In this document: in pieces, positions 1 to 9,057 of the stretch | How positions within the stretch are numbered: the first letter of the stretch is position 1 | Layout of the letters: each line of letters begins with the position of its first letter | Virus record (IMG/VR): IMGVR_UViG_3300013111_000141 | Coordinates: 1 to 64,000 of that record | DNA from: a virus | Strand: one strand, 5' to 3' | Length of the DNA: 64,000 bases | Program-made: the position numbers and the translations under genes | Notes under the pieces: generated by a model | Seen by the model: the letters and a program-made list of their open reading frames with translations, nothing else | Database searches by the model: none | Told to the model about the DNA's origin: nothing

Positions 1-2
1 CA

Positions 3-245
3 TTATTTTAACTCGTAATCATACCCAAAATCACCAGAGTCATTCTCTACAACATATATTCTAACTGCACCATATAAATCAAATATACCAGGTTTTAAAC
101 CATTTCTTGTCTGACTGGCATCAGGATCATAATATACAACATCACGCTTAGTTAAACTCCATTCCTTCTTTATACAAGCCGTTATGATAGACGCCAATAC
201 TCTATCATCTCCACGTGCCTCATTAAATCTCTTAAATGTTTTCAT
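3..245 (-). CDS. Hypothetical protein with capsid-targeting-like N-terminus (putative internal head protein)
   Basis: Begins MKTFKRFNE, resembling the T4 internal-protein leader MKTYQEFIAE. Confidence 0.5.
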   Translation of the reverse strand: MKTFKRFNEARGDDRVLASIITACIKKEWSLTKRDVVYYDPDASQTRNGLKPGIFDLYGAVRIYVVENDSGDFGYDYELK

Positions 246-254
246 ATCATACCC

Positions 255-476
255 CTAATATGCCGGTGCAATGGAAAGTAGTCCTTTCTTAGAGTTAGGT
301 ACTTTAAGTTCTTTCATTGCAAACTTCTTAGCACCATACAAAGAATCAGCATCTTTGTCTAACTTGATTTCAAGTTTTTTGCCTTTATAAATCGCAATCC
401 AACCTTTAAGTTCATCACCTTCTCTAACTACTTCTACTTGTTTAATATCTTTTAATAATTCTTCATATGTTTTCAT
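255..476 (-). CDS. Hypothetical protein, putative internal head protein
   Basis: Begins MKTYEELL; ATGA overlap with the upstream gene. Confidence 0.5.
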   Translation of the reverse strand: MKTYEELLKDIKQVEVVREGDELKGWIAIYKGKKLEIKLDKDADSLYGAKKFAMKELKVPNSKKGLLSIAPAY

Positions 477-1414
477 GACTTTCTTCCCTTGATGATTGAA
501 GCAGCATCCACTCTAAGAAACTTAATCTCTGCATCAACAATCTGTTGAAGTACCACAGTTGGCAATGAAGTAAGTTTATTTTTCATTCTCTTATATGCCG
601 GTGTAGTTGGGTCAATCTTATCTACTTTAGCATACTCTTTCTTTAGAGTGGCAAGTTGTGATTTAGATAACTTCTTAGCATCCTCTTGTGACTTTACCTG
701 TTTATCAAAATAATCCTTTAATGTCTCATCTAGTAGTTCAACAGATTCCTTTACAGTACCTATAACTTCTACTTTGAGTTTGATTTTAGATGATATCTCT
801 TTAGCAACCTTTGCCATATCACCCTTATGCTTTGTATTAGCATCACGTATAATCTTTCTTACTGAAGCATCAGAACCCTCTGGTTTCATATTGAAACCTA
901 TATTACCAAGGTTATTAGGAACACCACTAGAAGTAACCAACCGAACCTCGTTGCCATTTATTTTAAGTCTAAGTCCATCTATTAAATAAGAATCCCATGA
1001 TCCTGACTCTGTTTTTACATGAAATTTCTTGCTGCCTTTCTTACTATATTGACCCTCAACTAACGGCATACCAGCATATTGTTTTTTTCTGGTCTTAACT
1101 ATTTTCAAAGTAGACTTATCTTTAATATTCATTGGTGGTCTTTCCGCACTACGAATTGAATCTTTTGCATCTGATTCATCTGATGCCATAGCAACCACTT
1201 TATTATCCTCAGCAGTATCTACTACAACCCATGGAAATTTCACTTCATTTAATAATTCTTCCGACATCAACTTTTCAATAGTCTTTACATCAAGTTTCAT
1301 GATTTTAGCAATCTCTTTGGCAGATAAGCCGTCTTCAATGTAACCATGAAGTTCTTTCATTTTACCTTCTTCAATAACACCAATATCTGATAATAATTCT
1401 TTATATGTTTTCAT
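473..1414 (-). CDS. Multi-domain putative internal head protein
   Basis: MKTYKELL leader; several [ILV]-x-E motifs between apparent segments. Confidence 0.5.
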   Translation of the reverse strand: MKTYKELLSDIGVIEEGKMKELHGYIEDGLSAKEIAKIMKLDVKTIEKLMSEELLNEVKFPWVVVDTAEDNKVVAMASDESDAKDSIRSAERPPMNIKDKSTLKIVKTRKKQYAGMPLVEGQYSKKGSKKFHVKTESGSWDSYLIDGLRLKINGNEVRLVTSSGVPNNLGNIGFNMKPEGSDASVRKIIRDANTKHKGDMAKVAKEISSKIKLKVEVIGTVKESVELLDETLKDYFDKQVKSQEDAKKLSKSQLATLKKEYAKVDKIDPTTPAYKRMKNKLTSLPTVVLQQIVDAEIKFLRVDAASIIKGRKS

Positions 1415-1423
1415 TTCATATCC

Positions 1424-1687
1424 CTATTTTATTTTTCTTTTAGAACCCTTTAATCTACTTTTCTCAGACCGCCCACGGTTTTTCTTTTCATCTTCAAACC
1501 CAACAATCTTACCTTTTTTATGAGATGCATCCTTACCATCACCATTACCATATGTGCCTTTATCTCTATTATACTTTACTAATTCGGCTCTATACTTTCT
1601 ACGTTTCGCAGATGATTGAAACTTCTTATATTCATCTTTGTAATCACGTTTGGCTAATTCTAATATGTAATCTATAAATGACTTCAA
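1424..1687 (-). CDS. Basic HNH-like small protein with capsid-targeting-like leader
   Basis: MKSFIDYILE leader; DGKDASH...KNR resembles a degenerate HNH motif. Confidence 0.45.
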   Translation of the reverse strand: MKSFIDYILELAKRDYKDEYKKFQSSAKRRKYRAELVKYNRDKGTYGNGDGKDASHKKGKIVGFEDEKKNRGRSEKSRLKGSKRKIK

Positions 1688-1690
1688 GTT

Positions 1691-2701
1691 CTAATCCTCA
1701 GTTGCTGGATTAAGTAGTACAACTTCTTTTGTGATATATTTACAATCATATGTATCCTTTCTACTATTTATAGTAGTAATTGTTTCTAATATATTTTTAG
1801 CCATTTTCTCAGAAGCAACATCTATCATTTTACCATCAAGTGATGCGGCACCATGTCCTTCTTTAGATGCTCTATATAATGCATCAAGTATTCTGTCAGC
1901 CATGTGTATTTCTTCAGATGATGGTGTGAATACTTCATTTGCAAGTGGAATTTGTGACGGATGAATCGCCCACTTACCAGTACATCCAAGAGCAGCAGCA
2001 CGCTTAGCAGCAAGTACATATCCCTCTGTATCCTTAATATCCCCATAAGGACCGTCTATTGGACGTAATCCATATGCCCTACACGCAACTACCATCCTAC
2101 TTAATGCAGAATGCCACTGATCTCCTGGATAATTCTCATTCAATCCACCAATATTAGTAGTTCTTGCTCTTGTAGATGCAGCGTAATCAGCAACTCCAAA
2201 ATGCATGGATTCTAACCTAGAATTAACACTCTTTCTTGCAATTTCATCAACATTAGACATACCTAGAGCGGTTTCTATTAGACACTCTAACTGAATATGT
2301 TGGTACAAATCATGTTTTATCTCTAGTGTATTAATAATACATTCAACCATATATATATCATCATATACACCTACTTTTGGTATTAATATAGTATCTAAGT
2401 TCTCACCACAATGTTCTACTAATTGTATAACATCATCTAACCAATAACCAGTTTCAAGTCCATTAATACGAACACATATAGTTTTGTTCGCACCTTTCCA
2501 ATCAAGACTATTAACAGCCTCAATGACATTTAAACGAGCCTGTATTTTATCTGATGTTGCAACTGAATCTTCTAAATCTAAAAATACAAAATCGGCATCA
2601 GAATTTAATGCCTTCTCAAACATTTTAGGACTAGATCCAGGTACTGTTAAATCACAACGTTGTAATCTAGATACTGATGGTTCATAAACTGTATAACTCA
2701 T
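1691..2701 (-). CDS. mcl: L-malyl-CoA/beta-methylmalyl-CoA lyase (CitE/HpcH family)
   Basis: VPGS, FLDLEDSV, VRING, LIETALG, FGVADYAASTRART, DGPYGD, GKWAIHPSQ; N-terminus resembles MclA/Mcl1. Confidence 0.85.
   Translation of the reverse strand: MSYTVYEPSVSRLQRCDLTVPGSSPKMFEKALNSDADFVFLDLEDSVATSDKIQARLNVIEAVNSLDWKGANKTICVRINGLETGYWLDDVIQLVEHCGENLDTILIPKVGVYDDIYMVECIINTLEIKHDLYQHIQLECLIETALGMSNVDEIARKSVNSRLESMHFGVADYAASTRARTTNIGGLNENYPGDQWHSALSRMVVACRAYGLRPIDGPYGDIKDTEGYVLAAKRAAALGCTGKWAIHPSQIPLANEVFTPSSEEIHMADRILDALYRASKEGHGAASLDGKMIDVASEKMAKNILETITTINSRKDTYDCKYITKEVVLLNPATED
1765..1772 (-). promoter_or_regulatory. T4-type late promoter TATAAATA
   Basis: Exact consensus ~80 nt upstream of the 1687-3 gene run, inside the 3' end of mcl. 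Confidence 0.6.
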
Positions 2702-2721
2702 AAACTTCTCCCATTCATTTA

Positions 2722-3123
2722 TTAAACATCCAATTTAGGATTACTTGTCTTAAAATTAGCCTTTCGCATTACTGTCTTTGAAATCATATCAAACTCTTGA
2801 TTCTTTTCATCCCATTTCAATACAAATGGTATATTAACATGTGAATTAATATCATGTAATACTCGTTGGGCATCATCTCCCAATTTAGGTATCTTTTTAC
2901 CATATTTCTTATAAGTTAACTTGAATATCCGTACAAGTTCACCCGATGAAATAGGTTTCTTATTACGATCATCATTTACTCTATCTAGAAAATGCCTTGT
3001 AAATTCAACATCAATACCAACTTTAGCAAACAGCTTATCTGCCATTCTCTCTACTGCATCTAAGTCTGCTTTACTTAAATCCTCTGAAAATAATTCTTTA
3101 GTAAATTCACCATATGATTTCAT
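2722..3123 (-). CDS. Putative internal head protein, possible BECR-fold RNase
   Basis: MKSYGEFTKE leader; FTRHFLDRVND...KTVMRK. Confidence 0.45.
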   Translation of the reverse strand: MKSYGEFTKELFSEDLSKADLDAVERMADKLFAKVGIDVEFTRHFLDRVNDDRNKKPISSGELVRIFKLTYKKYGKKIPKLGDDAQRVLHDINSHVNIPFVLKWDEKNQEFDMISKTVMRKANFKTSNPKLDV

Positions 3124-3617
3124 TTAATAATACCTATTGTCTTTATACCACTTTCATCGGTATAAATGTATTTGTATCCCAATGATTTTAACCATTTGAT
3201 AAGTTTCTCTGACCCCACTTTATAGAAAAACTTATCCAATGTCAATTGTTTATTAGAAAAATGATATAAAACCTCATCTTTCAATTTGTTTGATAACTCG
3301 GTTTCTTTCTTCGGGGGTTTGTCATTAGAGGAATGTCCGTAATTCTTACCTATACCATCAATTATATCTTTAACCTCACCCACCCTGTTTATGTTGACAA
3401 CTGCAAAGGTATATTTCTCATTAGACTTTGCATTAAATTCAACCTCAGACACTTCACCTTGATTTGCACCAAATTGATCCGCATATCCTTTAGCGTGTGA
3501 CTTAGACTGTGATATCCACATAATAGCAGACCTTGATTGTGATACACTTTCACCTTTCTTATGACCCCTATACCACGTATTCCTTCCTTCATTTATAAAC
3601 CGGTTAAAACTTTTCAT
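3120..3617 (-). CDS. Putative internal head protein, ADP-ribosyltransferase-like fold
   Basis: MKSFNRFINE leader; WYRG, WIS, AKGYA, LKSLGY..I...E. Confidence 0.45.
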   Translation of the reverse strand: MKSFNRFINEGRNTWYRGHKKGESVSQSRSAIMWISQSKSHAKGYADQFGANQGEVSEVEFNAKSNEKYTFAVVNINRVGEVKDIIDGIGKNYGHSSNDKPPKKETELSNKLKDEVLYHFSNKQLTLDKFFYKVGSEKLIKWLKSLGYKYIYTDESGIKTIGIIK

Positions 3618-4036
3618 GGGTGTTCATATCTCCCCTCAATATGAGATTTAAGATTTTCTTTATTATTATTAATTAATCCAGCATTTTCATCAATGCTTTT
3701 CCTATTATTTATAGACTCAGCATCATATATCACCTTTTCTAACTTTAAAAGATGTATCATTTCATTTGGTACATATCTCCAAACATAATCACCATCATCC
3801 TTAATAATAGAAAATACGGTTTGTGTCAATCCTATCTTCACAATAATAGCATCTGAATCATCAATCTTTACTTTATCACCCTCACCAAATGACCTATTCA
3901 AGAAAAAGGCAATCCCTTTAGCCGCAGATGATAAAAAATCCTTTACCCACATTGCTATAATACCAGCCATTAGAACTTTAACAATTGGTATCATATCATT
4001 TGTTAAAGACCCAATCAACCGTGACTCATCTATCAT
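3614..4036 (-). CDS. Small MscS-like (mechanosensitive channel beta-domain) membrane protein
   Basis: TM helix followed by FGEGDKVKI...VKIGL..T....VPN. Confidence 0.55.
   Translation of the reverse strand: MIDESRLIGSLTNDMIPIVKVLMAGIIAMWVKDFLSSAAKGIAFFLNRSFGEGDKVKIDDSDAIIVKIGLTQTVFSIIKDDGDYVWRYVPNEMIHLLKLEKVIYDAESINNRKSIDENAGLINNNKENLKSHIEGRYEHP
3706..3713 (-). promoter_or_regulatory. T4-type late promoter TATAAATA
   Basis: Exact consensus ~90 nt upstream of the 3617 start. Confidence 0.6.
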
Positions 4037-4053
4037 ATATTATTTCCCTATAA

Positions 4054-4272
4054 TTACCATTTATTAACTGGACATTCACTATGTTTCATTTTAGTTTTCA
4101 TTTTAATAACACAACCACATTTAGCACATAATTTCACATTGGCAAGAGATGTCATTATATGTTCACATTTTGAACATATTTTAAGTCTTTTTGCAACAAC
4201 CTCATCAGAAGCAATTACATCCATATAAATTTCCCAAGCATAGAACCAACCAATGCCCATAATATACAACAA
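4054..4272 (-). CDS. Small Cys-rich protein (DUF6171-like)
   Basis: RLKICSKC...CAKCGC...CP..KW; true start may be downstream (MDVIAS). Confidence 0.55.
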   Translation of the reverse strand: MLYIMGIGWFYAWEIYMDVIASDEVVAKRLKICSKCEHIMTSLANVKLCAKCGCVIKMKTKMKHSECPVNKW

Positions 4273-4464
4273 AATATAACACCTAATATAATACCAATGC
4301 CTTTAATTTTTTCCATATTATTCTTCATTATAATATACCCCACTCCATTAATGTTGGAACTAAAAATATCATAGTTGTCTGTACTGCAAAAGCAAACAAA
4401 ACTATTAATACCAACTCACAAAAAATTATCAATTTCTTCTTCATATATCCACCTCAAATAATCA

Positions 4465-4905
4465 TCAACGACTTAATATCATTGGCAATAAACCAAATAG
4501 TGCTCCACCAATAATACAAAATCCAATACCCCATGCTAAAACTGTTATAATAAATTCGGTCCTTTTAGCTTTTCGTCTTTCCTCTAAAATTCGTTCTCGT
4601 TCGCGTGACTTCTGTTGTTCACCTTCGAACCGCAAAAAATCGTCCCACATCATATGACGAGTTCGAATCATCAATTCCTTCAATTGTTCTCTTTTATTTT
4701 TCATAGCCTCTTGTGCCATAAATAACTCAAGATCCGATTCTTGTTGTGTTCCCTTCCTTGCCAACTTGGCCTTCTTATCTAGTTCACGTCCTGCATCTGA
4801 AAACTTTGATAAGTGATCACCTAATTCAAAAATATCCTTACCATGTGATATACTTTCGGCAATCACACTAAATGCAGCATTAGCTATAGCCAACTCAGCT
4901 ATCAT
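4465..4905 (-). CDS. Hypothetical coiled-coil protein with C-terminal TM helix
   Basis: AGGAGAG SD upstream; hydrophobic C-terminus. Confidence 0.6.
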   Translation of the reverse strand: MIAELAIANAAFSVIAESISHGKDIFELGDHLSKFSDAGRELDKKAKLARKGTQQESDLELFMAQEAMKNKREQLKELMIRTRHMMWDDFLRFEGEQQKSRERERILEERRKAKRTEFIITVLAWGIGFCIIGGALFGLLPMILSR

Positions 4906-4955
4906 ATTATCTCTCCTTTTATTATTATTATTATCTATCCATGATAAAATATTAA

Positions 4956-5168
4956 CTATACATTCACATCAATATATTTCCCCTTTGATATATCCATATA
5001 TGTCTGTATTTGTGCATCTCTAATCTTATTTCTAAGAGAATTATCTACCGTTTTAGTATCTGGTATATGCTTAATATCTGGTATAGTTCTTGAAACGACA
5101 CCATTAACTACCTTATACTCATTAGGCATACTTTGAAAATATACTTTAGAATCACCTTGTATATACAT
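4956..5168 (-). CDS. Hypothetical protein
   Basis: Co-oriented ORF overlapping the endolysin stop. Confidence 0.45.
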   Translation of the reverse strand: MYIQGDSKVYFQSMPNEYKVVNGVVSRTIPDIKHIPDTKTVDNSLRNKIRDAQIQTYMDISKGKYIDVNV

Positions 5169-5619
5169 CGTACTTCACCCTACCTAAAGAATCGTGATAT
5201 GATACTAACGATTCACTACGATTAGAATCTAAATTCCCCTTACATGATACGTGTATCCACCCAGAGTCATCATCACCTTCAGTGTGAAACTCTAGAATCA
5301 ATTGGTCAAACTTACAATTGTCAATAATCCAATCTGCAACAAGTTTATTACTAATACCCCTAACTTCTAAATCAACAGCCTCGCCCAAACAGTGTTGTGA
5401 TCTAGCAGAACCACCTACAACCTTATTTAATTGTTCTGACCTATACCCAGAATTAATTCTGGTTGGTCCAAATTCATCTCTAACCAATTGCACCACATTC
5501 TCAAAGAGATTAGTAATAATGGGTAATAATGCCTCTGGTGGCTGATTATCTATATTATTACGTCTAGCAGTATATGACCGTGTATATTCGGACATACTAA
5601 AATTCTTAGTTATTTTCAT
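5152..5619 (-). CDS. Peptidase M15A (D-Ala-D-Ala carboxypeptidase-type endolysin)
   Basis: INSGYRS..LN..VGG...SQH..GEAVD...WIHVS. Confidence 0.85.
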   Translation of the reverse strand: MKITKNFSMSEYTRSYTARRNNIDNQPPEALLPIITNLFENVVQLVRDEFGPTRINSGYRSEQLNKVVGGSARSQHCLGEAVDLEVRGISNKLVADWIIDNCKFDQLILEFHTEGDDDSGWIHVSCKGNLDSNRSESLVSYHDSLGRVKYDVYTR

Positions 5620-5807
5620 ACAACCCCCATCAATAAAACATTACTTGCTTATCGCCACATATAACTATGCGATAAGAAACATCAGATAATGATACAAAAC
5701 AAAATTCAGAAATCATTATCATAAAAATAAACAATATCAACATAACTATTATGGTGATAATATATTGTATCTTATACATTCCCCATCGCATATCATATTA
5801 CTCCCTA

Positions 5808-6236
5808 CTAATTAATATCAATAGTACGTCTTTTTTTACTTTCAGGAACAATACGTTCCAAATTAATAATTAACATCCCATTTTCCATTAAAACATCAAC
5901 TATCTCAATATCAACCGACAATGTAAACTCTTTATTAAACAATCGTCTTGATATACCATGATGTAAATAATCAGTCATATCTGTTTTATGTTGTTGATCA
6001 TTAGATTTTATTGTTAGTAATGAATCATAATATTCAACTATAATATCATCTTTTGCAAAACCAGCTAGTGCCAATTCAATCTTATACTTATCCACATTCA
6101 CCCTAACAATATTGTAAGGTGGATATTTAGAAAGAGCTTGTGAAGTAGACAACTCTTCTAACTGTTTCATTGCACGATCCATACCAATTGATATTTGTGA
6201 GTATGGAAATATAGATGGAAATTTTGTATTTGTCAT
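5808..6236 (-). CDS. hsp20: Small heat shock protein Hsp20 (IbpA-like)
   Basis: YPPYNI, IELALAGF, YLHHGIS.R.F, ENGML.I.L; start moved to the ATG after the AAGGAG SD. Confidence 0.92.
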   Translation of the reverse strand: MTNTKFPSIFPYSQISIGMDRAMKQLEELSTSQALSKYPPYNIVRVNVDKYKIELALAGFAKDDIIVEYYDSLLTIKSNDQQHKTDMTDYLHHGISRRLFNKEFTLSVDIEIVDVLMENGMLIINLERIVPESKKRRTIDIN

Positions 6237-6293
6237 AATAGACTCCTTATAAAAAAGCAAGTTAAAAAAATGTGATCCCTTATGGCAATCACG
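6237..6293 (-). promoter_or_regulatory. ROSE-like RNA thermometer in the hsp20 5' UTR
   Basis: CUUGCUU-uuuuau-AAGGAG pairs over the SD with a bulged G; an upstream GUGAUU/GAUCAC hairpin is also present. Confidence 0.65.
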
Positions 6294-6296
6294 TTA

Positions 6297-6304
6297 TATT
6301 TATA
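6297..6304 (-). promoter_or_regulatory. T4-type late promoter TATAAATA upstream of hsp20
   Basis: Exact consensus immediately 5' of the structured UTR. Confidence 0.6.
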
Positions 6305-6307
6305 ATA

Positions 6308-6637
6308 TTATAATAGTTCCCTCAATCCTTCCTGATTAGATTCACTCATCAACGGAATCCAATCCTTCATATCTTCAAGTAATTCTAAATTCTCAAAATG
6401 CCAAGTGGTATGTGAACCATCTTCAAAAAATAAAACACGAACCATAACATCATCTTCAGATGTAACCATACCAACTACACCGTATTTAGAATCAGATTCA
6501 TGAATAGGAGTTACTAAAGCACCAACATTACCATTACCAACAACTTCAAAATCTAATTCAGGAACTGTCAAAACAGGCACCTTTGTTTCTACCTTTTCTA
6601 TCTCTAATTTTAATCCAAACCAATCAAATAATTTCAT
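6308..6637 (-). CDS. Hypothetical protein (SH3-like beta content)
   Basis: Co-oriented 109-aa ORF. Confidence 0.5.
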   Translation of the reverse strand: MKLFDWFGLKLEIEKVETKVPVLTVPELDFEVVGNGNVGALVTPIHESDSKYGVVGMVTSEDDVMVRVLFFEDGSHTTWHFENLELLEDMKDWIPLMSESNQEGLRELL

Positions 6638-6746
6638 TATTATACACCAAATCTAATTGTAAACGTAATTATCATGTACAAAACAAAAACAAACATGAAC
6701 AACAAAGTCCAATATATTTTATACATGAGTATACAACACATATATT

Positions 6747-6809
6747 AAAAAAAATGGGAAAAGTGTAACAATTAATACATACAACTTGTCAATCATTACA
6801 TTTTCCCAT
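6747..6809 (-). terminator. Long hairpin with U-tract downstream of the MoxR ATPase gene
   Basis: ATGGGAAAATGTAA...TTACACTTTTCCCAT followed by a T run on the minus strand. Confidence 0.6.
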
Positions 6810-6832
6810 AAACACACCCTCGGAGAAAACTA

Positions 6833-7972
6833 TTAAAACGGTAAATTCTCTTTAACTTCTTCTGCATCATCAGTAGTACTTGATGCATCAAACTTAGTAT
6901 ACAATTCCATGAAAGTATTTTTGGTATCTTCATCAAATCGTGAAATGGCTAAGTTAATAGACTTCATACGATCTTCAAAAATTGCATATGTCTGAACAAT
7001 ATGTCCTAAACGACGAGTTGAAATAACATCATCAACACCATCATCATAAAACGTCTTACGAATACCATCTGCCCATGACACCAACAGTTTAGCAAACTCT
7101 ACATCAACCTTACCAAACGCCTTCATGTGGTTCATTAAAATCTTTTCTTCAGTAACAACTGGTGCAAATGGTTGTTCTACTGTAATCGTGAATCGTTCAA
7201 GAAACGCCTCATCAATGATTGTAGCAGCAGAGAACTTACCAGATTCAGAACCTTGACCCTTTGTGTTTGCAGTAGCAATCACATTAAAACCACGTTTCGG
7301 TTCAATCAATTCACCAGTTTTCTTAATAACAATGGGTTTACCCTCAAGAACACCTTGAAGAGCCATAATCTTATTAGAACCACGGTCAATCTCATCAATC
7401 AAGAGAATGGCACCAAGTTCCATAGCCTTTACTACTGGACCTTTTTCAAAAACAGTATCACCATTAACCAAACGGAAACCACCAATCAAATCATCTTGAT
7501 CTGTTTCTGGTGAAATCTGAACACGAATGAATTCACGTTTAGCATTAGCAGCAGCCTGTTCTACCATCATAGTTTTACCATTACCAGACAAACCAGTAAC
7601 AAAGATAGGATAGAAAAACTTTGATTTAATAATCTTCAATATGTCTTTATAAGCACCCCACTTAACAAAGTTAGGATCTACTTGTGGAACATATGACGTT
7701 TTAAATACAGGTAATGGTGGTTGTTGAACACGTTCAACAACTGGTTCAGGACCAACAGTATTAACCGGCAATACTGGTTCACGTTTTAATGGAACCACTA
7801 CACCAGTAATATTATAAACACCATGACTAACCTTATCCAATCCTTTATTAACACCTTGACCGTTAGCATAACCAATTTTTAATGCAGCCTCGGACAATTC
7901 CTTTAATGTATATTCATTTTTCTCTGGGTTTTCTGATAAAAGATAATCTTTTACTTTTTCAACTTTATTCAT
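6833..7972 (-). CDS. MoxR/CobS-like AAA+ ATPase (phage CobS family)
   Basis: Walker A GLSGNGKT, Walker B LLIDEID, ATANTKG, AFLERF, ISTRRL. Confidence 0.9.
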   Translation of the reverse strand: MNKVEKVKDYLLSENPEKNEYTLKELSEAALKIGYANGQGVNKGLDKVSHGVYNITGVVVPLKREPVLPVNTVGPEPVVERVQQPPLPVFKTSYVPQVDPNFVKWGAYKDILKIIKSKFFYPIFVTGLSGNGKTMMVEQAAANAKREFIRVQISPETDQDDLIGGFRLVNGDTVFEKGPVVKAMELGAILLIDEIDRGSNKIMALQGVLEGKPIVIKKTGELIEPKRGFNVIATANTKGQGSESGKFSAATIIDEAFLERFTITVEQPFAPVVTEEKILMNHMKAFGKVDVEFAKLLVSWADGIRKTFYDDGVDDVISTRRLGHIVQTYAIFEDRMKSINLAISRFDEDTKNTFMELYTKFDASSTTDDAEEVKENLPF

Positions 7973-7984
7973 AATATACCTTTT

Positions 7985-8125
7985 TTATTTAATTTGTTTC
8001 TCAATTTCTGAATCTTCTAATGGAATTTCAGTAAAGGTAGGATCAGATGACGAATCATCCGCAAACCAACTGGTGTATTCTTCATTAATCTCTTCAGCAG
8101 TAATAAACTCATCAAAATCAAACAT
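7985..8125 (-). CDS. 46-aa highly acidic early protein (not in the ORF track)
   Basis: MFDFDEFITAEEINEEYTSWFADDSSSDPTFTEIPLEDSEIEKQIK; AAGGTGA SD; first ORF after an early promoter. Confidence 0.6.
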   Translation of the reverse strand: MFDFDEFITAEEINEEYTSWFADDSSSDPTFTEIPLEDSEIEKQIK

Positions 8126-8141
8126 TTCTTTCACCTTTCAT

Positions 8142-8220
8142 AATTAAACACAATAACCCCAACCTTCATATGTATTGTCTCATACTTTGATATAAAAGTC
8201 AAGCATTATTTTCATTTATT
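8142..8220 (-). promoter_or_regulatory. Early sigma70 promoter/leader cassette, copy 1
   Basis: A-rich UP element, TTGACT-17-GACAAT, AAGTATGA, GGGGTTATTG leader. Confidence 0.75.
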
Positions 8221-8448
8221 CTACTTTATTTCATCCATTTTTTCAATCTCTTGTTTAATCCAAATTAAAGCAAGATGTTCGGTATTTTCAATAAACGCCT
8301 CATCCGAAACAGGAGAAGGCAGCACAGACACCATCCATTTTATCTTATCATATGCTGACATAAGCATATCATCTGAGATGGTGAATTTAGCCTTCTGTTT
8401 TCGTTCAGTCTTAATAATTTTAAGTACAGTTTCCATTGGTATAATCAT
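8221..8448 (-). CDS. Hypothetical early protein
   Basis: AGGA SD; co-oriented. Confidence 0.55.
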   Translation of the reverse strand: MIIPMETVLKIIKTERKQKAKFTISDDMLMSAYDKIKWMVSVLPSPVSDEAFIENTEHLALIWIKQEIEKMDEIK

Positions 8449-8566
8449 AATATATCCTACAATGTTAAGTATAATTCATTAACGTAAGCCACCCTAAGTA
8501 ATACAATTACCGCAGTAACAGTTATCAATTTGGTAACCAACACCTCTATAATCACAAGTAATCTTT

Positions 8567-8863
8567 TCATCTCATCTCATCTCTATAATTATTTTTAGCA
8601 TATAACACATCAGGATAAACATCAGCAACATCATCTACCATAGTATCATCATATGGTTCATCATCAGTTAATCCCATCTCATATAGACTCTGTTCAAATG
8701 CATCCAGATCAATAACTTCCTTTGGATTATAAACCCTTAATCGTTCAATGAAATTTCTTTTAATCAAGTCAGTAGTAGATACTTGACGATAATGATTTGC
8801 CGCAGATCGGATAGCAGCATCTTTCATTAACACTTTAAAATATTCTAATTCGTAATTATTCAT
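8567..8863 (-). CDS. Hypothetical early protein
   Basis: Acidic ORF; start probably at MNNYEL. Confidence 0.5.
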   Translation of the reverse strand: MNNYELEYFKVLMKDAAIRSAANHYRQVSTTDLIKRNFIERLRVYNPKEVIDLDAFEQSLYEMGLTDDEPYDDTMVDDVADVYPDVLYAKNNYRDEMR

Positions 8864-9057
8864 AATATAGGTTTCTCTCAATTAATGTAAAACTTTCTTT
8901 GTTTTAACATTGGTGGATAATAATGAACGATTTTGTTCATATTCATTAGCTAGTGCAGAATACAATCTATCCCATTCATTAGGGGTAACATCATTTAAAC
9001 GTCGTTTAGTATTTGATTCAAGTGTAACTAACTTTAATTGATTTTTCATTTTAATCC

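Noticed and set aside
6833-7972. Cobalamin biosynthesis (cobS/cobT) as a metabolic gene
   Set aside because: Phage CobS-like proteins are MoxR ATPases with VWA partners; no cobN or other cob genes are present
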